DNA of 60,630 nucleotides, from positions 1-60,630 of the forward strand of contig CAMEWP010000001.1 in the NCBI GenBank assembly GCA_945946605.1, in the 5' to 3' direction. Of the stretch, positions 32,490 through 42,434 are shown one piece after another. Both the position numbers and the translations under genes were made by a program. The DNA comes from an uncultured Pseudobutyrivibrio sp. GTDB taxonomy: Bacteria; Bacillota; Clostridia; Lachnospirales; Lachnospiraceae. The notes beneath the pieces were generated by a model. The model ran no database searches and was not told the origin of the DNA. It saw only the letters and a program-made list of their open reading frames with translations. Every line of letters starts with the position of its first letter. Position 1 is the stretch's first letter.

Positions 32490-33608
32490 TTGGAGATGGA
32501 AACAACGGGAAAAACAGCAGAACTTGCACCGGAGAGAAGTTCAAACTTTGAATTGATGCGCATCGTGCTAATGGTGGCCATGGTAGCCCATCATTATGTG
32601 GTGAATTCCGGCTTGGAACAGTTGTATGAACTGCCGGGACTGCAGCCGGACATGCTGTTTTTACAGATCTTTGGCATGTTCGGAAAGACAGGCATCAACT
32701 GTTTTACACTGCTTACCGGATATTTTATGGTAACATCCCGGGTAAATCTCCGGAAGTTTTTGAAGGTCTATCTGGAAGTAAAGTTTTATTATATAGGATT
32801 TTATCTGCTGTTTCTGCTGACAGGTTATGAAGCATTTTCTTTCGTCACCCTGAAACAGGCATTGTTTAATGTGATCTATGAGGTTAACTGGCTGTACACA
32901 GGTACATATATCGTCTTCTTTTTGCTGATCCCTGTATGCAACTGTGTGATCAGACATATCACAAAGGTACAGTACCGGTATACCCTGGCGTTTGGATTTG
33001 TTTACTATACGCTGATATCCACCTTTACGGAATTGGACACCTTCTCCTATCTGGGATGGATGGCAGTGATGTATTTTCTGGGAGGTTACATCCGGCTGTA
33101 TAAGGAAAAATGGACCGAAAGCCTTTCGGGGGCATTGGCAGGACTTGGAATTTCCCTTGTGCTCATGTGTCTGAGTATTGGATATATTGATGTCAATGGT
33201 CTGGGAGGAAATGCCTGCGCTTATTACTATTTTGTAAATGACTCCCATAAGATCCTGGCCTTGTGCTGTTCGGTGTGTATCTTTTTGGTGTTTAAGAATC
33301 TTAAGATCCCACAGAACCGCCGGATCAATCAGGTGGCGGCCTCCACATTCGGGATTCTTTTGATCCATACCAACAGTCATGCCATGAGAAGATTCCTCTG
33401 GAAAGATGTATTTGATAATACAGGAGCATATATGCAGGGAAACATTGTTCTTCATGCCCTTGTTACGGTAGCTCTGGTCTTTGGGGTATCACTGCTGATA
33501 GATATGGCAAGGATCCGCTGGGTGGAAAGACCGTTGTTTCGACGGCTGGATCAATGCAGCTGGTTTCAGAAAGCAGAGAAAAAAATAGGTGAAATATGGA
33601 ACATGTGA
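32490..33608 (+). CDS. Acyltransferase family 3
   Basis: RSSNFELMRIVLMVAMVAHH, FTLLTGYF, TFGILLIH. Confidence 0.85.
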   Translation: MEMETTGKTAELAPERSSNFELMRIVLMVAMVAHHYVVNSGLEQLYELPGLQPDMLFLQIFGMFGKTGINCFTLLTGYFMVTSRVNLRKFLKVYLEVKFYYIGFYLLFLLTGYEAFSFVTLKQALFNVIYEVNWLYTGTYIVFFLLIPVCNCVIRHITKVQYRYTLAFGFVYYTLISTFTELDTFSYLGWMAVMYFLGGYIRLYKEKWTESLSGALAGLGISLVLMCLSIGYIDVNGLGGNACAYYYFVNDSHKILALCCSVCIFLVFKNLKIPQNRRINQVAASTFGILLIHTNSHAMRRFLWKDVFDNTGAYMQGNIVLHALVTVALVFGVSLLIDMARIRWVERPLFRRLDQCSWFQKAEKKIGEIWNM

Positions 33609-34120
33609 GAAATGAGAAGAATCAGGGAGACCATCCCCAAAATCATCAGGAGCAGAAGATCAGACATAAGACAGCACTGATAACGGTTCCTCTGATTGTG
33701 GTGGCATTTTTTGTTTTCTTTGGAATGAAAATCTGCGGGTTTATGGACGCCAGCCGCAATTATGATATTTACCGGATCAGGTCTAACCGGGATAAGGGAA
33801 ATGTACAGGCAGTCATCGATCATGATGAGCAGACCACCTGGGGATGCAATGATTACTGGGAGAAAAATAAGGCAGGGGATTATATCCTTTTTACCTTCGC
33901 CAAAGAAAAGACATTGCAGCAGGTGACCATTGTGGGAAAATGTCCGGATGATATTCTTTTTTACGAAAAACAGGAAGATGGCTGGATACAGATCCCCGTG
34001 GATAAAGAAGAAAATCAGTATTTTTTCCAGAGAGAAGTGACAACCAAAGAGTTGAAGATTGTTACCGGTGAAGGAGCCGGCAAAAAGAAATGGGATGTAA
34101 AGGAAATCATATTTTTATAA
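33596..34120 (+). CDS. Single-TM protein with a discoidin/F5-8-like beta domain
   Basis: One TM helix then AVIDHDEQTTW ... WDVKEI pattern; start uncertain. Confidence 0.5.
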   Translation: MEHVRNEKNQGDHPQNHQEQKIRHKTALITVPLIVVAFFVFFGMKICGFMDASRNYDIYRIRSNRDKGNVQAVIDHDEQTTWGCNDYWEKNKAGDYILFTFAKEKTLQQVTIVGKCPDDILFYEKQEDGWIQIPVDKEENQYFFQREVTTKELKIVTGEGAGKKKWDVKEIIFL

Positions 34121-35346
34121 AAGAAAATCGAAAACTGGTGATATTTCTGGCTGCTGCCGGGGTATTGATGCTCCTCTATGATATTTTGGGAGTGGATCAT
34201 TTTATCGGCTATATTGACGGAGAGGCGTATTACTCTTATCTGCCGGAATATTTTCTTCAGGGAAACTGGAGTTATTTTGTAAAATACCCCATTGGAACGG
34301 CCCTTTTGGAGCTTCCCTTCTTTCTGGCGGCACATGTGATCACGCTGATGATAAATCCGGCCCAGGCCAACGGTTATACCCAGGTTTATGACTGGGCTGT
34401 TGGCATCAGTGGGATTTTTTATTTTGTGCTGGGTATGGTGGTTTTATATCAGGTGTTAAAGAAACTGTTTTCTGAAAAACAGGCACTGTGGAGCTGTGTT
34501 CTTATGACCTTTGGCACATCTCTCCCTCTCTACGCCACAAAGTATGCCAGTTTTTCCCATATCAAAACCTTTGCGGTAACTGCGGTGATGATCTGGATTG
34601 TGTTGCGGATGGAAGAAGGTGCAGATGATGTTTTCCATAATTTTGCACTGGGGATCATTGCGGGACTTCTTGTGATTCTGCGGAATATCAATGTGTTTCT
34701 GCTGCTGTTTTACCTCCTCTGGGGATTTGGCCGGTGGCAGACCTGGAAAGAGCATCTGAAAAAAGTCTTTTCTGTAAGAAGATTGCTGCCAAATGTGCTG
34801 GGTGGACTTCTTGTTGTGGTTCCTCAGATGATCCTTTGGAAAATTTCCACCGGACATTTTATCTGCTATTCCTATGAGGGAGAAGGATTTACCTATCTGA
34901 CAAACCCGAAGATATGGGAAGTGCTGTTTTCCGATGCCAAGGGATTATTGATCTTTTGTCCGGTGCTTTTATTTTCTCTGCTGGGAATGTTTTGTATGAA
35001 AAAAGGCCAGGCAGCAAACTGCAGGGCAGGGGTTGTTGGTATCTTTTTGGTGGAATTATACACCACAGCCGCATGGTGGTGCTGGTGGCTGGGAATTTAC
35101 GGAGCCAGAAGTTTTGTGGATATTTTCTGCTTCTTAGGCATTTCCATGGCTGCCTTCTGGAGCTGGCTGGAGGATTGCCTGCAGGATGAAACAAAAAAGA
35201 GACAGCGGGCGGCAAAAGTTTTTTATATTGCAGCAGCTGTATTGTGCTGTCTGATCAATCTGGCATTTCTTAGGGGAATGCAGCAGGGTGTGATCAACGA
35301 GGCCTTTGCATTCTGGGGAGAATTACAGGAGGCGCTGGGAAGATGA
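34090..35346 (+). CDS. Multi-pass membrane protein, probable GT-C glycosyltransferase
   Basis: First-loop DGEAYYSYL, KYPIGTA, ~11 TMs; start uncertain. Confidence 0.6.
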   Translation: MGCKGNHIFIKENRKLVIFLAAAGVLMLLYDILGVDHFIGYIDGEAYYSYLPEYFLQGNWSYFVKYPIGTALLELPFFLAAHVITLMINPAQANGYTQVYDWAVGISGIFYFVLGMVVLYQVLKKLFSEKQALWSCVLMTFGTSLPLYATKYASFSHIKTFAVTAVMIWIVLRMEEGADDVFHNFALGIIAGLLVILRNINVFLLLFYLLWGFGRWQTWKEHLKKVFSVRRLLPNVLGGLLVVVPQMILWKISTGHFICYSYEGEGFTYLTNPKIWEVLFSDAKGLLIFCPVLLFSLLGMFCMKKGQAANCRAGVVGIFLVELYTTAAWWCWWLGIYGARSFVDIFCFLGISMAAFWSWLEDCLQDETKKRQRAAKVFYIAAAVLCCLINLAFLRGMQQGVINEAFAFWGELQEALGR

Positions 35347-37199
35347 AATATAAAATCCTGAAAAAAGGGATAAATCAAAAAAATATGGTAAATTTCCCAA
35401 ATGTGATAAATTCAAAAAAGGGGAAAGATCCGGTGGTACAGGTTATAGAAGGGATCAGCTTTGTCATAGTACTGCTGGGTGTCATCACTTGTGTCTACAT
35501 GAATCTGGTGGGTCGATCTCTCTGGTGGGATGAGGCGGCATTAGCCTACTCTTTTTCTGAGAGGGGATTGTGGAATCTGACATCTGAGAAGTTTGAACTG
35601 ATCCAGTCCGCGCCGGTGGGATGGCTCTATCTGACAAAAATTCTGACCCTTATCTTTGGAAATACGGATTTTGTACTGCGGATCCCATCTATGCTGGCGT
35701 ATCCGACAGTGCTCTTTTTACTTTACCGGATCTGGAAGGATGTTTTTGGGGTGAAATACCCCATGGCAGGAACGGCATTTGCCGCATCTTTCCCACTGTT
35801 TCTGCAGTATTCCAATATGTTTAAACCGTATCTTTTCGATGGTCTTTGCTGTCTGCTGGCTGTATGGTTTTACCATAAATTTCAGAAAGGACAGTGGAAA
35901 GATCTGCAGCTTGGTATTGGCTGGGCTGTTCTGGTGTGGTTTTCCAATCCCGTATGTTTTGTGGCGGGAGGATTGCTTCTGTCCCGGTTTGTGTGTTCCC
36001 TGAAGGAGCGACGGTTTCAGATAAAGGAATTTTTCCCTATCTGTATTCCACTGGGTGGAAGTTTTATCGCTTACTATTTTTACTGGCTGCGCCAGACGGC
36101 CACGGATGACAGGATGACGGGATACTGGAAGGACTGGAATTTTCCCTTGTTTCCCACTTCCTTAGCGGATCTGAAACAGATTGTAAAACTGGCGGATACC
36201 ATCTTTTCCCAGTTTTACCGGCTGGAATATGTAGTGATCATTTTATTGGCCGCGTTTTTGATCTATGCCATCAAGTGCGAAAGTGAGATCTTTACCGGAA
36301 TTTATCTGGGATTTTTTGTGACAGTGTTTGCTTCCGGTCTGAATATGTTTCCGGTGAACAAGCGGCTCTGGCTGTTTATCTATCCCATGATCATGCTGGT
36401 GGTGTTTGCAGGTCTTGCCAAACTGATACAGCAGCAGAATAAGACAACCGTCAGGGTGATGGGGACCATTCTTCTGGGGGTGGCAGTTTTAAACGGAGGA
36501 ATCCGGTATTACCTTCAGGAGGAAAATGTTTACTGGCCGGGATATGAGGTAAAGGCAGAGGTTGATTATCTCAAGGACATCATTTCGCCCGGAGAAAATG
36601 TATATGTATTCTGTGCCCAGTGGCCTATTTTTGCCTACTACAACCACTATAACCTGACAGAACTGGAAGAGACGGGAAATCAGGTGCTGGTGGGGATGGA
36701 TCCTGTCACAGAAAAGTATGACTGCGAAAAAGATCTGGAATATATCACTTCCTCCGACAAGTGTTATGTTATCATGGGGGATACCTGGGATAAAAAGAGC
36801 CATTCCGCTCTGCTGTTCCCAACTCTTCATGAGCAGGGATATTTTCAGATGGTTTACAACCAATATGAAACCCCTCTCTGGTATTATTGCAGAAATATCG
36901 AGGATTCCCAGGCGGCTGTTTCCTATGAGATCAGCGATATGCAGGATGATGGGGAAAATATCATCTATGAAGTGAAGATAAAAAATACCGGAAAAGCGTA
37001 TCTGAATCCCAAATTTGAGACACTGGTGTGGAAATCGGATGAGGGAGATGAGATCTCACTGCCGAAAAACATCGCACCGGGTAAGACGGTAACAAAAAAA
37101 GTTACCGTTCCAAAGGGAGAAACGGTAACTTATCAGCTGGAAAATGAATACGGTCTGATCGCTGAAAATACCGGGCTGGTGCTGGGAGAGGACCGGTAA
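35343..37199 (+). CDS. GT-C (GT39/PMT-like) glycosyltransferase with C-terminal extracellular domain
   Basis: RSLWWDEA first-loop motif, LRIPS, KPY. Confidence 0.75.
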   Translation: MKYKILKKGINQKNMVNFPNVINSKKGKDPVVQVIEGISFVIVLLGVITCVYMNLVGRSLWWDEAALAYSFSERGLWNLTSEKFELIQSAPVGWLYLTKILTLIFGNTDFVLRIPSMLAYPTVLFLLYRIWKDVFGVKYPMAGTAFAASFPLFLQYSNMFKPYLFDGLCCLLAVWFYHKFQKGQWKDLQLGIGWAVLVWFSNPVCFVAGGLLLSRFVCSLKERRFQIKEFFPICIPLGGSFIAYYFYWLRQTATDDRMTGYWKDWNFPLFPTSLADLKQIVKLADTIFSQFYRLEYVVIILLAAFLIYAIKCESEIFTGIYLGFFVTVFASGLNMFPVNKRLWLFIYPMIMLVVFAGLAKLIQQQNKTTVRVMGTILLGVAVLNGGIRYYLQEENVYWPGYEVKAEVDYLKDIISPGENVYVFCAQWPIFAYYNHYNLTELEETGNQVLVGMDPVTEKYDCEKDLEYITSSDKCYVIMGDTWDKKSHSALLFPTLHEQGYFQMVYNQYETPLWYYCRNIEDSQAAVSYEISDMQDDGENIIYEVKIKNTGKAYLNPKFETLVWKSDEGDEISLPKNIAPGKTVTKKVTVPKGETVTYQLENEYGLIAENTGLVLGEDR

Positions 37200-37200
37200 A

Positions 37201-38208
37201 CTACTTCCGGTGAATCTTTGGCAGGCGCCGGCACAGAGCACGAAGGCAGACAGAAAGTGCCAGGCAAAGAAGAAACAGTCCCACAGAACCTGTGATAAGG
37301 TAAAGGATGGCAGCAGGGATGTAAGGCAGTCGGTCCATGAAGAAATCCTGCAGCCTCATCCAGAGATCAAAATGACTGGCTGCACCGGCCAGCAGCGGAT
37401 GGACCAGGTAAATGGTAAAGGTGTGGGATGCCAGAAAACAGATCCTGTCGTCACCCCAGGAAAAATTTTCCTTCTGTGGAAGAGCCAGACCAAAAACTGC
37501 CACGGCCAGGGCACAGATAAATCCCAGGGAACAGTACCATACCCGGAGATTGTAATCGCTGCCTGCATCATAGATCTGTAGCTGCAGGAAAGTGCGCAGC
37601 AGATTACAGCCAAAGAAGAGGAAGATTGACAGTGGCAAGAGACTGCGCCGGTTCAGACGGCTTCGATTTCGATAGAGAATATCTCCCCAAAGTACCATAA
37701 TGGAGGCGGGGAGTACTCCGGTCAGAGGTGTAAAGCCAAAGTGAAGCAGCCGGTTAAAACACAGATCATTTATGATCACAAGGATCAGACTTATGATAAG
37801 AAAGGCCCTCTGGCGAAACAGGCTGTGGCTTAAGAACTCTGCCACAGATCTTAAAAGGGGCTGGATAGCCAGTACCGTAAGATAAACAAAAACATACCAG
37901 GTATGATCAAAGTAGCGAAGGGGAAATTTGCCCAAAGAAATTACAAAGCACAGGGCAAACAGCAGTAAGGTGGGAAGTAAGATCCTTTGGATGCAGCGTT
38001 TCCATAGGTGGGAAAGGCTTGTTTCCTGCAGCAGAAAGAAGCCGCAGATCATCCAGAAGATGCTGACACCATCGGAAAACAGGCAGAAGAAGAAGGTCTT
38101 GATAGTTTCTGTGTCTGCTGTGGAAGATAAAAAGAAATTCAGATGGCAGGCGATAACGATGAGACAGGCGAGAACCCGGATCGTTTCAATGGACGGATTG
38201 CGCTTCAT
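37201..38208 (-). CDS. Acyltransferase family 3
   Basis: IETIRVLACLIVIACH, FWMICGFF, HTWYV, TFTIYLVH; start behind GGGAG. Confidence 0.82.
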   Translation of the reverse strand: MKRNPSIETIRVLACLIVIACHLNFFLSSTADTETIKTFFFCLFSDGVSIFWMICGFFLLQETSLSHLWKRCIQRILLPTLLLFALCFVISLGKFPLRYFDHTWYVFVYLTVLAIQPLLRSVAEFLSHSLFRQRAFLIISLILVIINDLCFNRLLHFGFTPLTGVLPASIMVLWGDILYRNRSRLNRRSLLPLSIFLFFGCNLLRTFLQLQIYDAGSDYNLRVWYCSLGFICALAVAVFGLALPQKENFSWGDDRICFLASHTFTIYLVHPLLAGAASHFDLWMRLQDFFMDRLPYIPAAILYLITGSVGLFLLCLALSVCLRALCRRLPKIHRK

Positions 38209-38273
38209 AAATAATACTCCCATGATGTTTTACTTTATGGTATCATATCACAAACAGAAGGATGATAAAAGAG

Positions 38274-39359
38274 ATGAAACAACGGGAATCGAATCTGGAA
38301 TTGATGCGGATACTCTGCATGTGTGTGACACCGGCATATCATATGCTGGTATATAATCTGATCTTAAAAATGCCATACGGCCAGGCCACAACGGTTACAT
38401 TGCTATTCTGCGTGGCAGGGGCTATCCCCGCCAACTACGCCTTTATGGCTCTCAGCAGTTATTTCCTGCTGGAGTCCAAAGGGAAATATTCCATTAAGAA
38501 ATTTTTGACCACAGGAAGCATGGCACTGACGCTGGCGGTGCTACGTTTTGCGGTGGTTCGGGGACTGTTTGGATTTAACAATTCAGAGTATATGATAGAA
38601 GGGTTTATCACCCGGGGCGCCTGGTGGTATATGGAAGCATATTTGATGCTGCTTCTTTTGTACCCTTTCTTTAACTGGCTTATACATAAAATGAAGCCAA
38701 GGCAGCACCTGTGTCTTGTGGCAGTTTTGTTTGCACTGCTTTCCATATGCTACCTGCGCAATGAAATGCTTGTTCCCGGGGATCTCATTGCCTTTTCCTT
38801 TATATATTTTCTGATGGGATATCTGCGCCGGAAAGATTATCAGCATTTCCTTGTGTTCCGTACAAACAGACGGCAGATGGCCGCTGTGGTGGTATGCTGC
38901 TATCTGGTGCTTTTTGCCATAGGATTTGCTGCCAAGTGGCCGGCTTTTGGCGTGGATCAGGGAGTGGGCAATGATATCGTGCAGTATGTGATCAGCCGTT
39001 ACAATGTGCTGGCGGCAGGAATGGGAGTTGCTTTGTTCTTCTTGTTCCGGGATCTGCAGATTCCCTACCGCAAAGGCATCAACCGTGTTGCCCACTATAC
39101 GGTATACATTTTTTTGCTGCATGAGACCGTGCTGGCGGTATTCTGGTATGTGGGCTGGTGCTGGTTCCCTCTGGAGGGAAGACCGGGATGGGAACTTCTT
39201 GGCTGGATCGTGTTTTATACGGCATCTTCCTTTGCAGTATCCTTTGTGATAGGAAGTCTGTATGAGAAATATATTGAGCCTCTCTGGGCAAAACTCATTG
39301 AGAAATGCCGCCGGTGGAGGCCTGTTAAATGGATAGAAGAAATGGAAGAAACATTATGA
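38274..39359 (+). CDS. Acyltransferase family 3
   Basis: RESNLELMRILCM, WWYM, TVYIFLLH. Confidence 0.82.
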   Translation: MKQRESNLELMRILCMCVTPAYHMLVYNLILKMPYGQATTVTLLFCVAGAIPANYAFMALSSYFLLESKGKYSIKKFLTTGSMALTLAVLRFAVVRGLFGFNNSEYMIEGFITRGAWWYMEAYLMLLLLYPFFNWLIHKMKPRQHLCLVAVLFALLSICYLRNEMLVPGDLIAFSFIYFLMGYLRRKDYQHFLVFRTNRRQMAAVVVCCYLVLFAIGFAAKWPAFGVDQGVGNDIVQYVISRYNVLAAGMGVALFFLFRDLQIPYRKGINRVAHYTVYIFLLHETVLAVFWYVGWCWFPLEGRPGWELLGWIVFYTASSFAVSFVIGSLYEKYIEPLWAKLIEKCRRWRPVKWIEEMEETL

Positions 39360-40591
39360 ATGACAGAACAACCATAAACGAAAACAAAAGAAAAGAAGTG
39401 TGCAGATTTCTTTTTTTGCTGGCACTTTTTGCGGCGGCATGTGCATTCCGTTATTTTGACCATGCCATTAACCCGCAGGATACGACGGCCTTTGCCTTTT
39501 CCTATCGCTATGGCTTTATTTCCCGGGGACTGATGGGAACACTGCTGGAACTTTTTGACGGACTGATTCCCGGTAATCAGATGACCTATGACACCATTTA
39601 TCTATGGTCGGGAGTGGCCACCCTTTTCTTTTTTGTCTGCCTCTTTGTCTTTTACTATGTGGTGCTGATGAAGCGGGATGGGATCTGGCAGACAAGGCAG
39701 CAGTATCTGGTGATCCTGCTTTCTGTTTTCGCATTTCCCATGTTTGTGACAGAAGAAAATTTTGGCCGTCTGGATGTATATCTCACCATTCTGATGCTGC
39801 TTTGCATGATCCTTCTGGTGGTGCAGAAAGCGGAGTGGCTGGTACTGCCCTTATGCTGTGTGGGTGTGCTGATCCATCAGGGATTTGTGTTTATGAATGT
39901 AAATATTGTGCTGGTGCTGTTGTTTTACCGTCTTCTGACGCAGGAAGGGGCCAAAAAGAGATATTATCTTATCCTTTTTGTGCTGACGGCAGCGGCTGTG
40001 TCAGGGCTGTTCCTCTATTTCGAATTTTTCAGCCATGTGAACGGACCGGAGATCTATGATGAGGTGGTAGCCAATGCCAAAGCCCTGGCCATGGATGGAA
40101 AAACCTACAGTACCGCCCTGGTAAATCATGAGATCCTGGGTGAGGGTGTCTTTATGGATGAGTGGTTCTTCCATAAGATCAATTATCAGGAATTGCCACA
40201 GTTCCTTGTGTTCTTTGCTCCCTATATTTACATCGGTGTCCGCTATGGGCGATCCTATTGGAAAAAGGCAAAAAATGCAAAGGAAAAATGGATCGCTGCT
40301 GCGGTACTTTTAGGGGCCTGGACCGTGCTTCCGGAATTTATCCTGAAAGTGGATTACGGCCGGTACATGTATGAGATCGTTTTTTATTATATTGCCATGG
40401 TGCTTTGTCTGATGGCCATGGGAGACAGGTATACAGAGGAGACAACAGAGGAGATGAGTACTGCCATAGGAAAGCATATGCCGGCGGCACTGTTTCTGAT
40501 CGTTTATCCCATGATCATGATGCCCTTTTTGGATGTGGTGATCTCACAGCTGAATGTGGTGTTGTGCAGATTGTTTTTGGGAGTAAGTTGA
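39356..40591 (+). CDS. Multi-pass membrane protein, paralog A1 (possible GT-C)
   Basis: FSYRYGFISRGL, NFGRLD, HQGFVFM, KVDYGR motifs shared with 47774 and 49922; ATGA overlap with upstream gene. Confidence 0.6.
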   Translation: MNDRTTINENKRKEVCRFLFLLALFAAACAFRYFDHAINPQDTTAFAFSYRYGFISRGLMGTLLELFDGLIPGNQMTYDTIYLWSGVATLFFFVCLFVFYYVVLMKRDGIWQTRQQYLVILLSVFAFPMFVTEENFGRLDVYLTILMLLCMILLVVQKAEWLVLPLCCVGVLIHQGFVFMNVNIVLVLLFYRLLTQEGAKKRYYLILFVLTAAAVSGLFLYFEFFSHVNGPEIYDEVVANAKALAMDGKTYSTALVNHEILGEGVFMDEWFFHKINYQELPQFLVFFAPYIYIGVRYGRSYWKKAKNAKEKWIAAAVLLGAWTVLPEFILKVDYGRYMYEIVFYYIAMVLCLMAMGDRYTEETTEEMSTAIGKHMPAALFLIVYPMIMMPFLDVVISQLNVVLCRLFLGVS

Positions 40592-40601
40592 GGTTGAAGT
40601 C

Positions 40602-41318
40602 ATGAAAAAACAAAGTAGTTTGGATCATAAAATTTACTGGGGGTTTCTGTTTTTGATGACAGCAGCCCTTTCCCTTGTATATTACGAGGGAGAACTCTGC
40701 AGCAAAATGTGGTGGATCCTGGCCTATGATGTATTGCTGCTGATCTTGTCTGCCGTCTGCATTCATTATGGAAAAGGGAGTGTAAGAAAGGAAGTAAGGT
40801 ATCTGATCGGTTTCTTCTTCCTTTTCATCGTACCTTCTTTTTCCGCAGGACCGCTGTTTGAACAGGTAACGGAATCCGAAAAATCTGCCATGGGTATGGG
40901 AAAACATCTGCTGGAGCTGGCTGTATTTGCCCTGCTGATGCTGCCTTATCTTCAGATTGCCGTATCCTTTGGAAAAGGTCTGTATCAGCAGGAAAAGGTA
41001 TCAGAGGCATCACCCCAGAAAACGGTGCTTCCCCTGTTTTTGCCCCTGTTGCTTCTTCCGGGGATTCTCTTTAGCAGCCATTACGGCATCTGGGTTTCTA
41101 TCATGGTATTCTGCTATGGATGCATCATTGTGTATGGCACATCCTTTGCAGGGGAGAGCTGGCAGATAACCATGAAAGAGATGCTTCAAAACATCCGGGC
41201 AAAAGGTCCCGTCAGTGTGCTGCTTCTCATCTACCCGGTATTATTTCTGCCTTTCCGCAGTTCCTACATCAGTGATTTTTCAAGAGAACTGACAGAGTGG
41301 CTGTGGGGACTGTTTTAG
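40602..41318 (+). CDS. Short degenerate paralog of the A family
   Basis: 238 aa hydrophobic; C-terminal LLIYPVLFLPF resembles FLIVYPMIMMPF of A1. Confidence 0.5.
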   Translation: MKKQSSLDHKIYWGFLFLMTAALSLVYYEGELCSKMWWILAYDVLLLILSAVCIHYGKGSVRKEVRYLIGFFFLFIVPSFSAGPLFEQVTESEKSAMGMGKHLLELAVFALLMLPYLQIAVSFGKGLYQQEKVSEASPQKTVLPLFLPLLLLPGILFSSHYGIWVSIMVFCYGCIIVYGTSFAGESWQITMKEMLQNIRAKGPVSVLLLIYPVLFLPFRSSYISDFSRELTEWLWGLF

Positions 41319-41336
41319 AGGGAGGAAAGTGCAAAA

Positions 41337-42434
41337 TTGAAGAAGATCTGTGCAAATCTTGCGGGATGCATCTGTTTTATTCTCATCCTGGCTGTTTTGA
41401 CGGTGGTATTTACACCAAAATATCTGGAGAATGACGAATGGCCAACTACCTCCACGGTACTGGGATTTTATGAGATGGAGGAGGACAGTGTGGATGTGCT
41501 GTTTTTAGGAAGCAGCCAGTCCATGACATCCTTTATCCCTCAGGAAATATATAACGAGACAGGGATCACATCCTATAATCTTTCTACGGAGCAGCAGAAT
41601 ATCCTGCTGTCCTATTACTGGCTGAAGGAGGCACTGCGCACCCAGCATCCCAAGGTGGTGGTACTGGACTGCGACTTTTTGTTTCCTTCCATTTCCACGG
41701 ACAATCCGCTGAATGCAGAGGAACCCTTTGTGCGGAAAGCAATGGATTTTATGAGATGGAGTCCCATAAAGACCCAGGCGATCCGGGATATCTGTACCTA
41801 TGATACGGATCAGGATCAGCTGTCCTACTATTTTCCACTGCTGCGCTATCATGGACGGTGGAAGTATCTAAAAAAAGAGGATGTGACTTTCTTTTTTGAA
41901 GATCATGACAGTGAGCTGAAAGGCTTTAATAACCGGATCTGGGTGATGGGAGAAAATGACTACCACACCTATGATTCCATTGATGAGGCAGACAAACCTG
42001 CCAAGATGATGGAAAATATGGCGGGATATCTGGACCGGATAGAGGAACTGTGCCGGCAGGAGCAGATCGATCTGGTGCTGGTGAAGACCCCTGCCACCAC
42101 ATGGTCGGCGAAAAAGGCACTTACCATGGAAAATTATGCAAAGGAGCATGGGATTACCTTTGTTGATTATAACAGGTCCGATGTTTTTCATGAGATGGGA
42201 TATCTTTATGAACAGGATATGACGGACGCGCTGCATCCCAATATGAAGGGAGCCTTGAAACTGACCTCTTATCTGATGCCGGTGCTGAAGGAAAAAGTGG
42301 AGATAACACAGCAGACGGATCCACAGTTTGAGGAAACCAGAGCATCCTATGAAAAGACAAAAGAGGAAACCATGGAAGAACTTTGGAAGATGACCGAAAA
42401 AACACTTTCCACCGATGGAGGAAAACAGGAATGA
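41337..42434 (+). CDS. Membrane-anchored SGNH-type acyltransferase (DltD/AlgJ/PatB-like)
   Basis: N-terminal TM, VDVLFLGSS, C-terminal DALH (DxxH). Confidence 0.78.
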   Translation: MKKICANLAGCICFILILAVLTVVFTPKYLENDEWPTTSTVLGFYEMEEDSVDVLFLGSSQSMTSFIPQEIYNETGITSYNLSTEQQNILLSYYWLKEALRTQHPKVVVLDCDFLFPSISTDNPLNAEEPFVRKAMDFMRWSPIKTQAIRDICTYDTDQDQLSYYFPLLRYHGRWKYLKKEDVTFFFEDHDSELKGFNNRIWVMGENDYHTYDSIDEADKPAKMMENMAGYLDRIEELCRQEQIDLVLVKTPATTWSAKKALTMENYAKEHGITFVDYNRSDVFHEMGYLYEQDMTDALHPNMKGALKLTSYLMPVLKEKVEITQQTDPQFEETRASYEKTKEETMEELWKMTEKTLSTDGGKQE

